DNA of 32,000 bases, from positions 945,622 through 977,621 of the forward strand of contig CP113000.1 of the NCBI GenBank assembly GCA_026625185.1, written 5' to 3'. A program made the position numbers and the translations under genes. The DNA comes from Thermodesulfobacteriota bacterium (lineage in GTDB: Bacteria > Desulfobacterota > WTBG01 > JAGOGO01). Numbering within the stretch: the stretch's first letter is position 1; each line of letters begins with the position of its first letter. The notes below the pieces were generated by a model that saw only the letters and a list, made by a program, of their open reading frames with translations, was not told the DNA's origin and did no database searches. Of the stretch, positions 1 through 8,842 are shown in pieces.

Positions 1-1
1 T

Positions 2-1117
2 CATAATTTTCGTCAGCTTCTCGAAAATCTTAAGAACATCAAAAATCTTTCTCGACGACCTCTTCTGCTCCACGTGATAACGAAAAAAGGCAAAGGGTAT
101 CTTCCCGCCGAACAAGATCCGGAGAACTTCCATGGCATTGGACCCTTTGATAAAGCAACCGGTAATCCCCATAAAGCAAACAATGCTCACAAGTCTTATA
201 CCGAAGTTTTTTGCGAGACCCTGAATGAGCTTGCGGTGATTGATAATCGCATCATCGCGATAACCGCGGGAATGACCACCGGTACCGGACTGGTTGATTT
301 CAAAAAACTCTTTCCCCAAAGGTTTTATGATGTGGGGATCGCTGAAGAACATGCGGTTGCCTTTGCCGCCGGACTTGCTACCGGAGGGTTTCGACCGGTC
401 GTAGCGATTTATTCTACCTTTCTTCAAAGGGCGTACGATCAAATGCTCCATGATGTCTGTTGGCCAAACCTCCCGGTACTCTTTGCTATTGATCGGGCGG
501 GAATTGTCGGCGAAGATGGCCCTACCCACCAGGGTTTATTTGACCTTTCCTACCTAAGGCATCTTCCTAATTTAGTCGTTATGACCCCCAAAGATGAAAA
601 TGAGTTTCGACACATGCTTTATACTGCCATGACATTAGCGGTGCCGGTAGCAATACGCTATCCCCGCGGAAAAGTTGAAGGTGTGAACATAGAAAAACCG
701 ATAAAGACGCTCCCTTTAGGAAAGGCCGAGGTACTGTGCGAGGGTTCAAAGTTAGCGATTTTTGCCCTTGGTAAAACAGTCTCTCCGGCTTTGTCAGCTG
801 CCACGCTTCTTAAAAATAGAGGTATCTCTGCTACCATTGTAAACAGCCGGTTTGTTAAGCCGCTGGACCAGGAATTGGTCTGCGCGTTAGCCCGGAAAAC
901 GGGAAAAATCCTTACGGTGGAAGAAAATGTGCTTGCCGGAGGTTTCGGAAGCGCTCTCTTGGAAACCTTGGAGCACAATAATATTACGGGGGTTAAAGTA
1001 AAAAGGATAGGGATTTCTGACCAATTCGTTGAACATGGATCGCCCGATATTCTTCGTAAAAAATACGGCCTTGATGCGGCGGGAATTTTTCAGGCTGCGT
1101 GTGAACTGCTGGAATAA
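2..1117 (+). CDS. dxs: 1-deoxy-D-xylulose-5-phosphate synthase, C-terminal ~370 aa (5' end outside window)
   Basis: The frame is open from the window edge (HNFRQLLENL...PLLLHVITKKGKGY). It shows transketolase-like pyrimidine-binding and C-terminal domain motifs (GIAEEHAV, GEDGPTHQG). Confidence 0.93.
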   Translation, partial: HNFRQLLENLKNIKNLSRRPLLLHVITKKGKGYLPAEQDPENFHGIGPFDKATGNPHKANNAHKSYTEVFCETLNELAVIDNRIIAITAGMTTGTGLVDFKKLFPQRFYDVGIAEEHAVAFAAGLATGGFRPVVAIYSTFLQRAYDQMLHDVCWPNLPVLFAIDRAGIVGEDGPTHQGLFDLSYLRHLPNLVVMTPKDENEFRHMLYTAMTLAVPVAIRYPRGKVEGVNIEKPIKTLPLGKAEVLCEGSKLAIFALGKTVSPALSAATLLKNRGISATIVNSRFVKPLDQELVCALARKTGKILTVEENVLAGGFGSALLETLEHNNITGVKVKRIGISDQFVEHGSPDILRKKYGLDAAGIFQAACELLE

Positions 1118-1150
1118 AAAATGAATGCGCTGGCGGAAACACTTCAATTT

Positions 1151-1303
1151 CACCCTCACCCAGACCCTCTCCCTCAAGGGAGAGGGGGGATTTTAGTTGG
1201 TTCCTCTCCTCAAGTAAGAGGGAAATTCTGATTATTTCCTCTCCCTTGAGGGTAGAGTCTTTCGCCTTTACCTTCCTCTCACCCCGACGGGGAGAGGATT
1301 GAG
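1151..1303. repeat. REP/MITE-like cluster of four CCTCTCCC-N4-GGGAGAGG type hairpins bracketed by inverted CACCCTCACC / GGTGAGGGGTG ends
   Basis: There is a perfect 9-bp stem at 1165-1173/1178-1186 (CCCTCTCCC tcaa GGGAGAGGG). Three further imperfect copies lie at ~1201-1224, ~1237-1257 and ~1274-1289. The left and right ~38-nt units are inverted copies of each other. Confidence 0.7.
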
Positions 1304-1350
1304 GTGAGGGGTGTCATATTTATTCAACTGTTTAACGTGCTCCATACCCT

Positions 1351-2091
1351 ATGAGGTCACCCAAAGAAAGAATTGATAAGCTCTTGGTAGATCGAAATCT
1401 GGTTCAAAGCCGGGAAAGAGCGAAAGCGCTTATTATCGCCGGCAAGGTCTTTGTCGACGGCCACAAGACCGAGAAAGCGGGAACCCTGGTTGACCCTGGG
1501 GCCCACGTAGTTTTAAAGGAAAAAGATTTCCCTTACGTGAGTCGAGGAGGTGTAAAGCTGGAATACGCGTTGGATAGTTTTCAGCTTGACGTTAAAAACC
1601 GGATTGCCTTGGATGTAGGGGCTTCCACGGGCGGTTTTACCCATTGTCTTCTTTTGCGAGGAGCGCAAAAGGTTTATGCTGTTGATGTGGGATACGGTCA
1701 GTTAGATTGGACGTTACGGAACGACCCCCGGGTGGTTTGTATGGAAAAGACCAATATCCGTCATCTCACCGCGGACCGCATATCCGATCCGATCTCCCTG
1801 GCAGTCACTGATACCTCCTTTATCTCTTTAAAAAAGGTGCTGGTTCATATTTTCGGTTTGATAGAAAAAGAAGGAGAGGTCCTTGCTCTTATCAAGCCGC
1901 AGTTTGAATTGAGCCCGCGCGAGGTGGGAAAGGGAGGAGTAGTCCGTGATCCTCACCTTCATACGAAGGTAGTTGAAGATATGGTTGCGTTTGCGAACGG
2001 CCTAGGAGCTGACGTGCAAGGAACGATAGAGTCTCCCCTGAAAGGTCCCAAGGGCAACAGAGAGTTTTTTATTTACCTTAAGAAAACTTAA
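1351..2091 (+). CDS. tlyA: TlyA-family rRNA 2'-O-methyltransferase (hemolysin A-like)
   Basis: The N-terminus is an S4-like domain (RIDKLLVDRNLVQSRERAKALI). It is followed by an FtsJ-type SAM site (LDVGASTGGFT). Confidence 0.88.
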   Translation: MRSPKERIDKLLVDRNLVQSRERAKALIIAGKVFVDGHKTEKAGTLVDPGAHVVLKEKDFPYVSRGGVKLEYALDSFQLDVKNRIALDVGASTGGFTHCLLLRGAQKVYAVDVGYGQLDWTLRNDPRVVCMEKTNIRHLTADRISDPISLAVTDTSFISLKKVLVHIFGLIEKEGEVLALIKPQFELSPREVGKGGVVRDPHLHTKVVEDMVAFANGLGADVQGTIESPLKGPKGNREFFIYLKKT

Positions 2092-2115
2092 AAATGTCAG
2101 ACTTTGCAATCACCC

Positions 2116-2164
2116 CCCCTTACCCTACACTTCCCCCTTTACGCTTTACGTCTCACGCTTCACG
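2116..2164. repeat. tandem heptamer array (CTTTACG-like, 4 clear plus 3 degenerate units)
   Basis: The units read cccctta ccctaca cttcccc ctttacg ctttacg tctcacg cttcacg in constant 7-nt phase, in the tlyA-ispH spacer. Confidence 0.65.
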
Positions 2165-2177
2165 CAAAGGATGAAAA

Positions 2178-3017
2178 ATGAAAGTTAAGGTTGCTCAATC
2201 CTCGGGGTTTTGCTTTGGGGTAAAAAGAGCTATGGATTTGGTTCTCCAGAAGGCCCTGCGGGATAATAAAGTAGAGGTATTCACTGATGGCCCGCTAATC
2301 CATAATCCCCAAGCTTTGGAGTTATTACGAAACAAAGGCGTGGTTCCTTTGATTGAGGCCAAAGGAAGCATTAAAGGAATAATTGTTATTCGTTCTCACG
2401 GGGTTTCACCCGAACGCTTCCACGAGCTTAAAAAAACCGGGGCAAAAATTTTGGATGCAACCTGCCCCAAGGTTAAGCAAGTGCAATCAATCATCAGCCG
2501 ATACGCTAAACAGGGTTTTTTTGTGGTAATTATCGGGGATGCTGAACATGCTGAGGTGCAAGGCCTATTAGGATTTGCCGGAGAAAACAGCCGTGTGATT
2601 CAATCCGAAGATGAATTAAAAAAATTACCCTCCCAACAAAAAATATGTTTTGTGGCGCAAACTACCCAGAATCGGAAAAAATATCTTGAGCTTAAAGAGA
2701 AGATAGAAAAACGATTTCCCCAGGCGGAAATCTTTGACACCATTTGTGAGGCCAATCGAAAACGTCAGGAAGAGCTGGAACACCTTTGCCATGCGGTAGA
2801 CGCAATTGTAGTTGTTGGGGGAAAAGAAAGCGGCAACACCAAAAGGCTCGTGGAAATCGCTGAAGCAGAGGGCATCACTACCTTTTTCGGCGAAACTGAA
2901 GAGGATCTTGATCTCAGCCGGTTGCGATCCTATCATGAGATTGGCGTCATTGGAGGAGCCTCCACGCCTGATTTCGTTTTAGAAAAAGTGATTAATAAAT
3001 TGGAAACCTCAATTTAA
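2178..3017 (+). CDS. ispH: 4-hydroxy-3-methylbut-2-enyl diphosphate reductase
   Basis: This is a LytB-family sequence with the three cluster cysteines in typical contexts (GFCFGVKRA, ATCPKV, DTICEA). An AAGGA RBS lies upstream. Confidence 0.92.
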   Translation: MKVKVAQSSGFCFGVKRAMDLVLQKALRDNKVEVFTDGPLIHNPQALELLRNKGVVPLIEAKGSIKGIIVIRSHGVSPERFHELKKTGAKILDATCPKVKQVQSIISRYAKQGFFVVIIGDAEHAEVQGLLGFAGENSRVIQSEDELKKLPSQQKICFVAQTTQNRKKYLELKEKIEKRFPQAEIFDTICEANRKRQEELEHLCHAVDAIVVVGGKESGNTKRLVEIAEAEGITTFFGETEEDLDLSRLRSYHEIGVIGGASTPDFVLEKVINKLETSI

Positions 3018-3160
3018 GAAGGCAGGTCAACGTAACAACTTTTTGTAACCTATTTGTTATAATTATAATGGTGGCCAGGGATTCTTTCAGTAATTTGGCT
3101 TGAATATTTTTCGCTTTGAGCGTAAAAGGCGAACCTACCAGTAAATCAACAGGTCAAAAC

Positions 3161-3748
3161 TCATTGTATCTCCAAAATCTTACCTTCTCTCGCTTCCTGC
3201 AGAAATTGCTCAGCGGTTCTCACTCTCAGGGTGGGATAGGTGGGAAAATGGGAAAAGGCTGCGATGGTTGCGTCGTGATCCTCAGGACGCCGGGTAGCGC
3301 AACAATCAGAGATAATTACGGAATAAAAATCATTGCAAAGCCCATCCATGGCAGTGGCAAGCACACAGACTTCAGTAGCCAAGCCGGTCACGGCAATGGT
3401 GTCGATTTCATAGTTTCGAAGCGTTATGTCCAAATCAGTCTTAAAAAAAGCGCTAAACCGTCGCTTCGGCAAAACGATATCTTCTGGTTTTACCTCCAGC
3501 TCAGGGATTATGTCTGCTCCCTCGGTTCCCCGGAGAGAGTAAGCACGCCTCTTGCTCTTCGCAAAAAGAAAATCTTCTTTAAAATAGCTGTCACAGGCAA
3601 ATACAATTAAGCCCTTGAGCTTACGGGCTTCGCCCACAAGAAACTGAATTCTCGGAATAATAGCCTTAAAACCCTCAATGATAGGGTGATCAGAAGGGCC
3701 TTTAAAAGTATCCTTTAACATATCCACAACAATCACCGCGAATTTCAT
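3161..3748 (-). CDS. isochorismatase-family cysteine hydrolase (possible nicotinamidase-like)
   Basis: A D/K/C triad context is present (VIVVDM..., LPKRRFSAF, GLATEVCV). I prefer the ATG at 3748, which is preceded by GGTGAGG, over the GTG at 3757. Confidence 0.8.
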   Translation of the reverse strand: MKFAVIVVDMLKDTFKGPSDHPIIEGFKAIIPRIQFLVGEARKLKGLIVFACDSYFKEDFLFAKSKRRAYSLRGTEGADIIPELEVKPEDIVLPKRRFSAFFKTDLDITLRNYEIDTIAVTGLATEVCVLATAMDGLCNDFYSVIISDCCATRRPEDHDATIAAFSHFPTYPTLRVRTAEQFLQEAREGKILEIQ

Positions 3749-3855
3749 AGCTCTCACCTCACCATTAAAAGTTTTTATAAATAAAAAAATCCTTCACCAT
3801 TGTTATTCTCTTATGCATTGTTCAACCGACTTTAATGATTATCAACTAAGAAAGG

Positions 3856-3895
3856 CTTCGACCCTTTGACTTTTCGACTCTTTGACTCTTCAATC
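3856..3895. repeat. tandem octamer array (CTTTGACT-like, 5 units)
   Basis: The units read cttcgacc ctttgact tttcgact ctttgact cttcaatc in constant 8-nt phase, in the spacer between two minus-strand genes. Confidence 0.65.
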
Positions 3896-3906
3896 GCTAA
3901 TGCCGG

Positions 3907-4830
3907 TCACCGTCCCTGGTAATAGACCTGGTTATTATGAAGCCGCTGACTGACCTTGCCTTCGTTTTTTAAAGACTCGATTAAATCCATGAGTGCCATC
4001 TTTGGGATACCGAGGGCCAAAGATACTTCATCAAAAGTGCAGGGTCTTCTTTTTACCAGATTGTAAATCCGCTTTTTCCTGTCCGCGGTACTGCCCCGGG
4101 CGTCTTCAGGGAGCGAGCCGGTTATAATTTCCGCTTTTTCTCCAAAAAACTTTTTGATCCGCTCCAACTCCTCACGGCTCACAGGAAAAACACTGTCTTC
4201 CGCGGGTGGGCGGTCAAGGGTGTTGAGCTGAATTTTATCCGGGTTAATTTCCCGAATCACCTCCTGCAGTCTCCTCACTTCTTCTTCCGAGTCATTAATC
4301 CCGCGGCAAAATAGTATCTCGAGCCAGATCTGGCCCGGGAATCGTTTCCGGAAATCTATTAACCCCTGAATGATTTTTTTTAGATCAAGAGAGGGGTGAG
4401 GACGATTTAAAAAGGTAAAAAGAGAAGGGCTGACCGTATCCAGGGAGGGAAGAATAACGTCAGATCGCAAAAGGTCTTCTTTAACGTCATCTCGGTCTAA
4501 CAGTGAACTGTTGGTCAATACCGCAACCGGAATGGAGGTCAGTTTTTTTATCTCCGCAATGATTGTCCCAAGGTGATCATGTAACGTCGGCTCTCCCGAT
4601 CCTCCCAGCGTAATATAATCTGGTTGAAGGGCGGGCTTCTTCAAATAACCCTTAAGTTCATCGATAATCTTCTGGGGAACGCTATACGTTTTACGCTCAG
4701 AGGTAAGATTGGTAGTAGTTCCCAATTCGCAGTAAAGACAGTCAAAGCTGCACGTTTTATAAGGGACCAGGTCAATCCCCAACGACCTTCCTAATCTTCG
4801 TGATGCAACCGGGCCAAAAATATAGCGCAC
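3907..4830 (-). CDS. radical SAM protein with C-terminal winged-helix-like tail
   Basis: A CX3CX2C motif is present (CSFDCLYC), with the N-terminal GPVASRRLGRSLGIDL signature of a conserved radical-SAM subfamily and a GGSGEPTL SAM-binding motif. Confidence 0.85.
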   Translation of the reverse strand: MRYIFGPVASRRLGRSLGIDLVPYKTCSFDCLYCELGTTTNLTSERKTYSVPQKIIDELKGYLKKPALQPDYITLGGSGEPTLHDHLGTIIAEIKKLTSIPVAVLTNSSLLDRDDVKEDLLRSDVILPSLDTVSPSLFTFLNRPHPSLDLKKIIQGLIDFRKRFPGQIWLEILFCRGINDSEEEVRRLQEVIREINPDKIQLNTLDRPPAEDSVFPVSREELERIKKFFGEKAEIITGSLPEDARGSTADRKKRIYNLVKRRPCTFDEVSLALGIPKMALMDLIESLKNEGKVSQRLHNNQVYYQGR

Positions 4831-4918
4831 TGACTTTCTCCTGGCTCAAACGCGCTTTCGGCACAAAAGCATATAGATTACCGATTTAAGAAAAGGCTGA
4901 TAACAAATGCTCAGCGAG

Positions 4919-5413
4919 TTAGTGAGAAAAGAGATCGGGCCTTAGTTTTCGCATAGTTTGAACAATCGGTTCGATAGTACCAGCGTTGTAAAAATTAACC
5001 AGAAAAGCCTGAAGGGCTAAATCCCCTTGAAGATCTAAAGCAAACGCAGTGGCTTTCCGATAAACCACATAAAGGGGATCTCCTTTGGCTACCGCTTCAA
5101 ACAACAAAAGAAAAGCTAAAGGTTTTTTCCCAAAGCGGGAAAAACAGTAAAGGGGTGCGCTTCCTTTTTCATACACTGCCTCGTAAAATCTGGTAACGTC
5201 TTCAATTTTAATTTCTTCACGGCGAATGGGAATACTTAAATACGTAAAGCCAAGAGAGAGGGACTTTTTCTCAACATAACCCCCGAATTTCTCTTCTTTA
5301 TCGCGCACATCAATGAGCGTCTTGTAACCCAGTGCTTTAAGCTGTGCCAGATCTTCATTATCCGGAACAACCCCAATGGTAACCCTCTCATCAAACTTTC
5401 GCGCGTTTTTCAT
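4919..5413 (-). CDS. DUF442 / phosphatase-fold (sulfur-transfer associated) family protein
   Basis: The pattern is GVVPDNEDLAQLKALGYKTLIDVR...YLSIPI...YCFSRFGKK. The CX5R-like loop is degenerate, ending in K rather than R. Confidence 0.55.
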   Translation of the reverse strand: MKNARKFDERVTIGVVPDNEDLAQLKALGYKTLIDVRDKEEKFGGYVEKKSLSLGFTYLSIPIRREEIKIEDVTRFYEAVYEKGSAPLYCFSRFGKKPLAFLLLFEAVAKGDPLYVVYRKATAFALDLQGDLALQAFLVNFYNAGTIEPIVQTMRKLRPDLFSH

Positions 5414-5597
5414 AAGACACCTCCATCGCTAAAAGTTTTTAATTACCTTTGGTACCCTCTCTGGTTCCCATAGCAAAGAAGATCGCTTCCTTTTCCCTTT
5501 GCGTGCTTTATCGTAACAAGGCGTTTCAGACAAGAACTTCCTTAAAGTATAAATTTTTTGATTTACAATAGGAGATATCCTACCTCCCCTATACCCC

Positions 5598-5789
5598 TCA
5601 GGTGGAGCCTGAAGGTTTGCATCCGGACGATGACGATGGTTCTGAGCCGACGCTAAAAAGGGAGATTAATTTCTTGACATACAGTGCGCTGCATCGGGGA
5701 CACGCCATTTTACCGTCATCTTCTCCTGGTAAAAGAAAGACCTGGAATCGCTCGCCACAGTTTTTACATTCATATTCATAAATGGGCAT
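5598..5789 (-). CDS. FmdB-family zinc-ribbon putative regulatory protein
   Basis: The sequence is MPIYEYECKNCG...CPRC followed by a Ser-rich tail, which is the typical FmdB/CxxC_CxxC_SSSS layout. Confidence 0.8.
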   Translation of the reverse strand: MPIYEYECKNCGERFQVFLLPGEDDGKMACPRCSALYVKKLISLFSVGSEPSSSSGCKPSGST

Positions 5790-5813
5790 TTTATTCCTAC
5801 TATTGAATTGATA

Positions 5814-5897
5814 AGGAGTCAGGAGTCAGAATTCAGGAGGCAGAAGCAAGATTAAAGAGTCTGACTTCTGTGTTCTGTCTTCTGAATCCTGTTTTCT
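5814..5897. repeat. 12-unit heptamer array forming an imperfect long palindrome
   Basis: The units are AGGAGTC AGGAGTC AGAATTC AGGAGGC AGAAGCA AGATTAA AGAGTCT GACTTCT GTGTTCT GTCTTCT GAATCCT GTTTTCT. The right half is approximately the reverse complement of the left half. Confidence 0.75.
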
Positions 5898-6357
5898 ATT
5901 TGTTATACGCCCTTTTCCATGGTTCTTTTTTAAACGTCAGGTAATTTAAAAGAGCATTCTTAAGCGTTTCCGCAGCAGTGTCGGCACAATGTTCGCTCTC
6001 TTTCGGAAGTCCATCCAGAGCCTCATTGATTTCCTGGGGGGAAATTTTAAAAGCGTCGACAACCGTCTTGCCGACAACCAGTTCAGTAACCATGCTTCCA
6101 GCAGCAAGCATGGGGCCGCATCCTTCAGTAAAAAATTTAGCATCGTGAATTTTATCATTCGTAATCCGCAACGTTATCTCCAGTCCATCTCCGCACATAC
6201 GACTCCCCTTCCCAATGCCCTGAGGATTTTCTATCATGCCCCAGTTTCGCGGATTGAAACAACGATCCAGAAATTTCTCCGAGTATTCGATGGCACCTCT
6301 CTCACCGGAAGATGAATCAACTCCGCCGTCAAAAGTCTTTTCAAGGTCAGAACTCAT
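5896..6357 (-). CDS. IscU/NifU N-terminal-domain Fe-S scaffold-like protein
   Basis: The three scaffold cysteines sit in typical contexts (MCGDGLEITL, EGCGPMLAAGS, EHCADTAAETL). Confidence 0.8.
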   Translation of the reverse strand: MSSDLEKTFDGGVDSSSGERGAIEYSEKFLDRCFNPRNWGMIENPQGIGKGSRMCGDGLEITLRITNDKIHDAKFFTEGCGPMLAAGSMVTELVVGKTVVDAFKISPQEINEALDGLPKESEHCADTAAETLKNALLNYLTFKKEPWKRAYNK

Positions 6358-6397
6358 GTATTACTCCCCGTGTTTAAATTTTCCGTTCGAAAAGCCG

Positions 6398-7309
6398 TTA
6401 GGTCGCTTTGCCCTTGGTTGCTTTTTCCGGAGTAGAATCTAAAAGTCCTCTCCACGTTTTCACAATCAGGTGAAATGCCTTCGCTGCTTTTGCGTCGGGG
6501 TGCTGCGCTACAAACGGCGCACCACTATCTGAACAAACAACTATTTTGGGATCAAGAGGAATTCTCCCCAAAAAGGAAACCCCCATTTCACGGGCAGCTC
6601 TTTCACCGCCTCCCGTTTTGAAAATATCTATTTCTTTATTACAATGGGGACAAGTAAAGCCGCTCATGTTTTCTATTACCCCAATAAAGGGGACTTTTAA
6701 TTGACGTAAAAAAGTAATGCTTTTTCTGGCGTCCAGAAGAGCCACATCTTGCGGAGTAGTGACAATGATAGCTCCATCCACATTTTTTATGAGGTGAGCG
6801 GTGCTTAATGCTTCATCACCGGTTCCGGGAGGAAGATCAACGATAAGGTAATCTAATGCCCCCCAACATACCTCCCCTAAGAATTGTTTAATGAGGCTAT
6901 GTTTAAGTGGTCCTCTCCAGATAACCGCATCATCTCGGCTGTGAAGAAGAAAAGCGACGGATATAATCTTGACTCCGCTTGGCGTTTTGATGGGCAAGAG
7001 GCCATTTTGGTTTCCGGCCATCCGTTTTTCTTCCACTCCCATCATCTTGGGGATGTTAGGGCCGTGAATATCGGCATCCATAATTCCTACTTCAAAACCT
7101 TCTTGAGCTAAGGTCACCGCCAAATTGACTGCTACTGAACTTTTACCCACCCCACCTTTGCCGCTAAGAATCATAAACTTGTGTTTTACTAAAGACATGG
7201 CTGTTTCGAGCGGTGTTCGCTCGTGGACTCCTTTTTCTTTTTCACTGCATTTTTTACTCAGCGTGCACGTGTTACACTCAGTAGTTTTGTCGCAATTCTC
7301 AGAACTCAT
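6398..7309 (-). CDS. apbC: Mrp/NBP35/ApbC-family Fe-S cluster carrier ATPase
   Basis: It has a deviant Walker A (SGKGGVGKS), a CPHC motif and a Cys-rich N-terminus. Confidence 0.88.
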   Translation of the reverse strand: MSSENCDKTTECNTCTLSKKCSEKEKGVHERTPLETAMSLVKHKFMILSGKGGVGKSSVAVNLAVTLAQEGFEVGIMDADIHGPNIPKMMGVEEKRMAGNQNGLLPIKTPSGVKIISVAFLLHSRDDAVIWRGPLKHSLIKQFLGEVCWGALDYLIVDLPPGTGDEALSTAHLIKNVDGAIIVTTPQDVALLDARKSITFLRQLKVPFIGVIENMSGFTCPHCNKEIDIFKTGGGERAAREMGVSFLGRIPLDPKIVVCSDSGAPFVAQHPDAKAAKAFHLIVKTWRGLLDSTPEKATKGKAT

Positions 7310-7329
7310 ATGCTATCTCCTTTTAGCCT

Positions 7330-7731
7330 TCAATAACCCCGAATTTTTATCAGGCTTCGCCGCTCTTTCTTAGTGGGTTTTCCGGGATATTTAATGGGTG
7401 ATCGTTTCATTAATTTTATTAACTCAAGAGATTCATCTAAAAAGGTTTCTTGTTTTTCTTCGCAGTAAAGATCGCGTGCTTCCTTGGCGGATATGCTCTT
7501 AAAAGAAATGCCTGCTACTTCAATCTTCCGATAGCGATTTTTCCCTTTAACCGTAAGCTTATCGCCCGGCTTAATCAGTTTTGCCGCCTTCGCCCTTTCG
7601 CCGTTGACCTTAACATCGCCCTCATCACACGCTTTCGTTGCCTGGGATCGAGCTTTAAAGATTCGCGCGATTTTGAGCCATTTATCCAGACGAAGTGATT
7701 GTCCGGGAGCTTTTTCCATCAAACGACCCAT
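7330..7731 (-). CDS. S4-domain RNA-binding protein (Hsp15-like)
   Basis: The S4 signature is LRLDKWLKIARIFKARSQATKACDEGDVKVNGERAK. Confidence 0.7.
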   Translation of the reverse strand: MGRLMEKAPGQSLRLDKWLKIARIFKARSQATKACDEGDVKVNGERAKAAKLIKPGDKLTVKGKNRYRKIEVAGISFKSISAKEARDLYCEEKQETFLDESLELIKLMKRSPIKYPGKPTKKERRSLIKIRGY

Positions 7732-7839
7732 TGATTCTTACTCATTCAGTCTGCACAATTATTTCTCGTGTCCGTTGTCAATCATCTTTCGTGTTCAATT
7801 CTTTGACAAAGAACACCAGGCAACGACCATCAGGAAAAT

Positions 7840-8751
7840 TTAAACAATCTCTAACATTCGATTTACTGCCTTAACTGCTCTCTCCCGAATCGCCTGAGGC
7901 ACTGTAATGTGATATTCCATCCGCTCTAAAGCCCACAAAATTTTTTCTAAGGTGATTAACTTCATGTTCGGGCAAACCGCGTGTGTTGAGGCAGGAATAA
8001 ATATTTTTTCCGGATTCTCTTTTTTAAGCCGATGGGTAATCCCAAGTTCAGTGCCAATAATAAATTCCTTAGCTAAACTTTGACGAGCCCGTTTAAGAAT
8101 GCCATCAGTGCTGAGGGCATAGTCCGCCTGCGCAATAACCTCCGGTCGGCATTCCGGATGCACCAGCACCTCCCCGTGTGCATGTTTCTTTTTAAGATTT
8201 ATAATATCATCAGCACCAATTTTCATATGTGTAGGGCAGTACCCGGGCCAAAGGATAAGCTTCTTGTTGGTCTTAGAAGCGGTATACGCACCCAAATATT
8301 GATCGGGGATAAAAATAATCGGTTTTCCATCCTCTACCCATTCCACCACTTTAATAGAATTAGAGGACGTGCAGCAAACATCACACTCCGCCTTGACCTC
8401 AGCAGTGGAATTGACATAGCACACAACCGGCGATCCGGGATATTTCTTTTTTTCTTCGCGAAGCTGTTCGGCATTAATCATATCCGCCATCGGGCAGCCG
8501 GCATTACGATCAGGGAGAAGCACAACCTTATCCGGCGAAAGCATGGCCGCGGTTTCCGCCATAAAATGGACCCCGCAGAAAACAATCACCCTGGCACCGG
8601 TCTTGGCCGCTTGTTGACTTAATCCCAAAGAGTCACCGACAAAATCAGCAATGTCCTGGACCTCTCCGCGTTGATAATTATGGGCAAGGATAACCGCCTG
8701 TCGCTCCTCTTTGAGTTTAAAGATTTTTTCAATCAACTCCTGGTTTCCCAT
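7840..8751 (-). CDS. nadA: quinolinate synthase
   Basis: Full-length NadA-like sequence (ILAHNYQ, FCGVHFMAET, CPNM). Confidence 0.92.
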   Translation of the reverse strand: MGNQELIEKIFKLKEERQAVILAHNYQRGEVQDIADFVGDSLGLSQQAAKTGARVIVFCGVHFMAETAAMLSPDKVVLLPDRNAGCPMADMINAEQLREEKKKYPGSPVVCYVNSTAEVKAECDVCCTSSNSIKVVEWVEDGKPIIFIPDQYLGAYTASKTNKKLILWPGYCPTHMKIGADDIINLKKKHAHGEVLVHPECRPEVIAQADYALSTDGILKRARQSLAKEFIIGTELGITHRLKKENPEKIFIPASTHAVCPNMKLITLEKILWALERMEYHITVPQAIRERAVKAVNRMLEIV

Positions 8752-8842
8752 GGATCATACCCTTATGAATTTTTTAAACCCATTCTTAGACCATCATTAA
8801 ATATTTTTACGAGGCTGCAGGGAAAATGCTTATCGAGAAACT

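Noticed and set aside
658-1177. Minus-strand ORFs 658-978 and 887-1177 inside and after dxs. Similar antisense ORFs occur inside other genes: 2625-2936, 3116-3610, 5946-6315, 6884-7373, 7450-7843, 8080-8622, 9121-10234, 10330-10614, 11878-13023, 14785-15329, 15641-15997, 16777-17655, 18431-18664, 23685-24618, 27066-28960 and 29523-29801.
   Set aside because: They lie entirely within, or mostly opposite, well-supported genes. They have low-complexity or Arg/Ser/Leu-rich shadow-frame composition and no RBS. ORF 887-1177 additionally runs through the REP-like hairpins.
2116-5897. The short tandem repeat arrays considered as CRISPR arrays.
   Set aside because: The units are 7-8 nt and directly abutting, with no spacers. 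There are no 25-40-nt repeats and no cas genes anywhere in the window.
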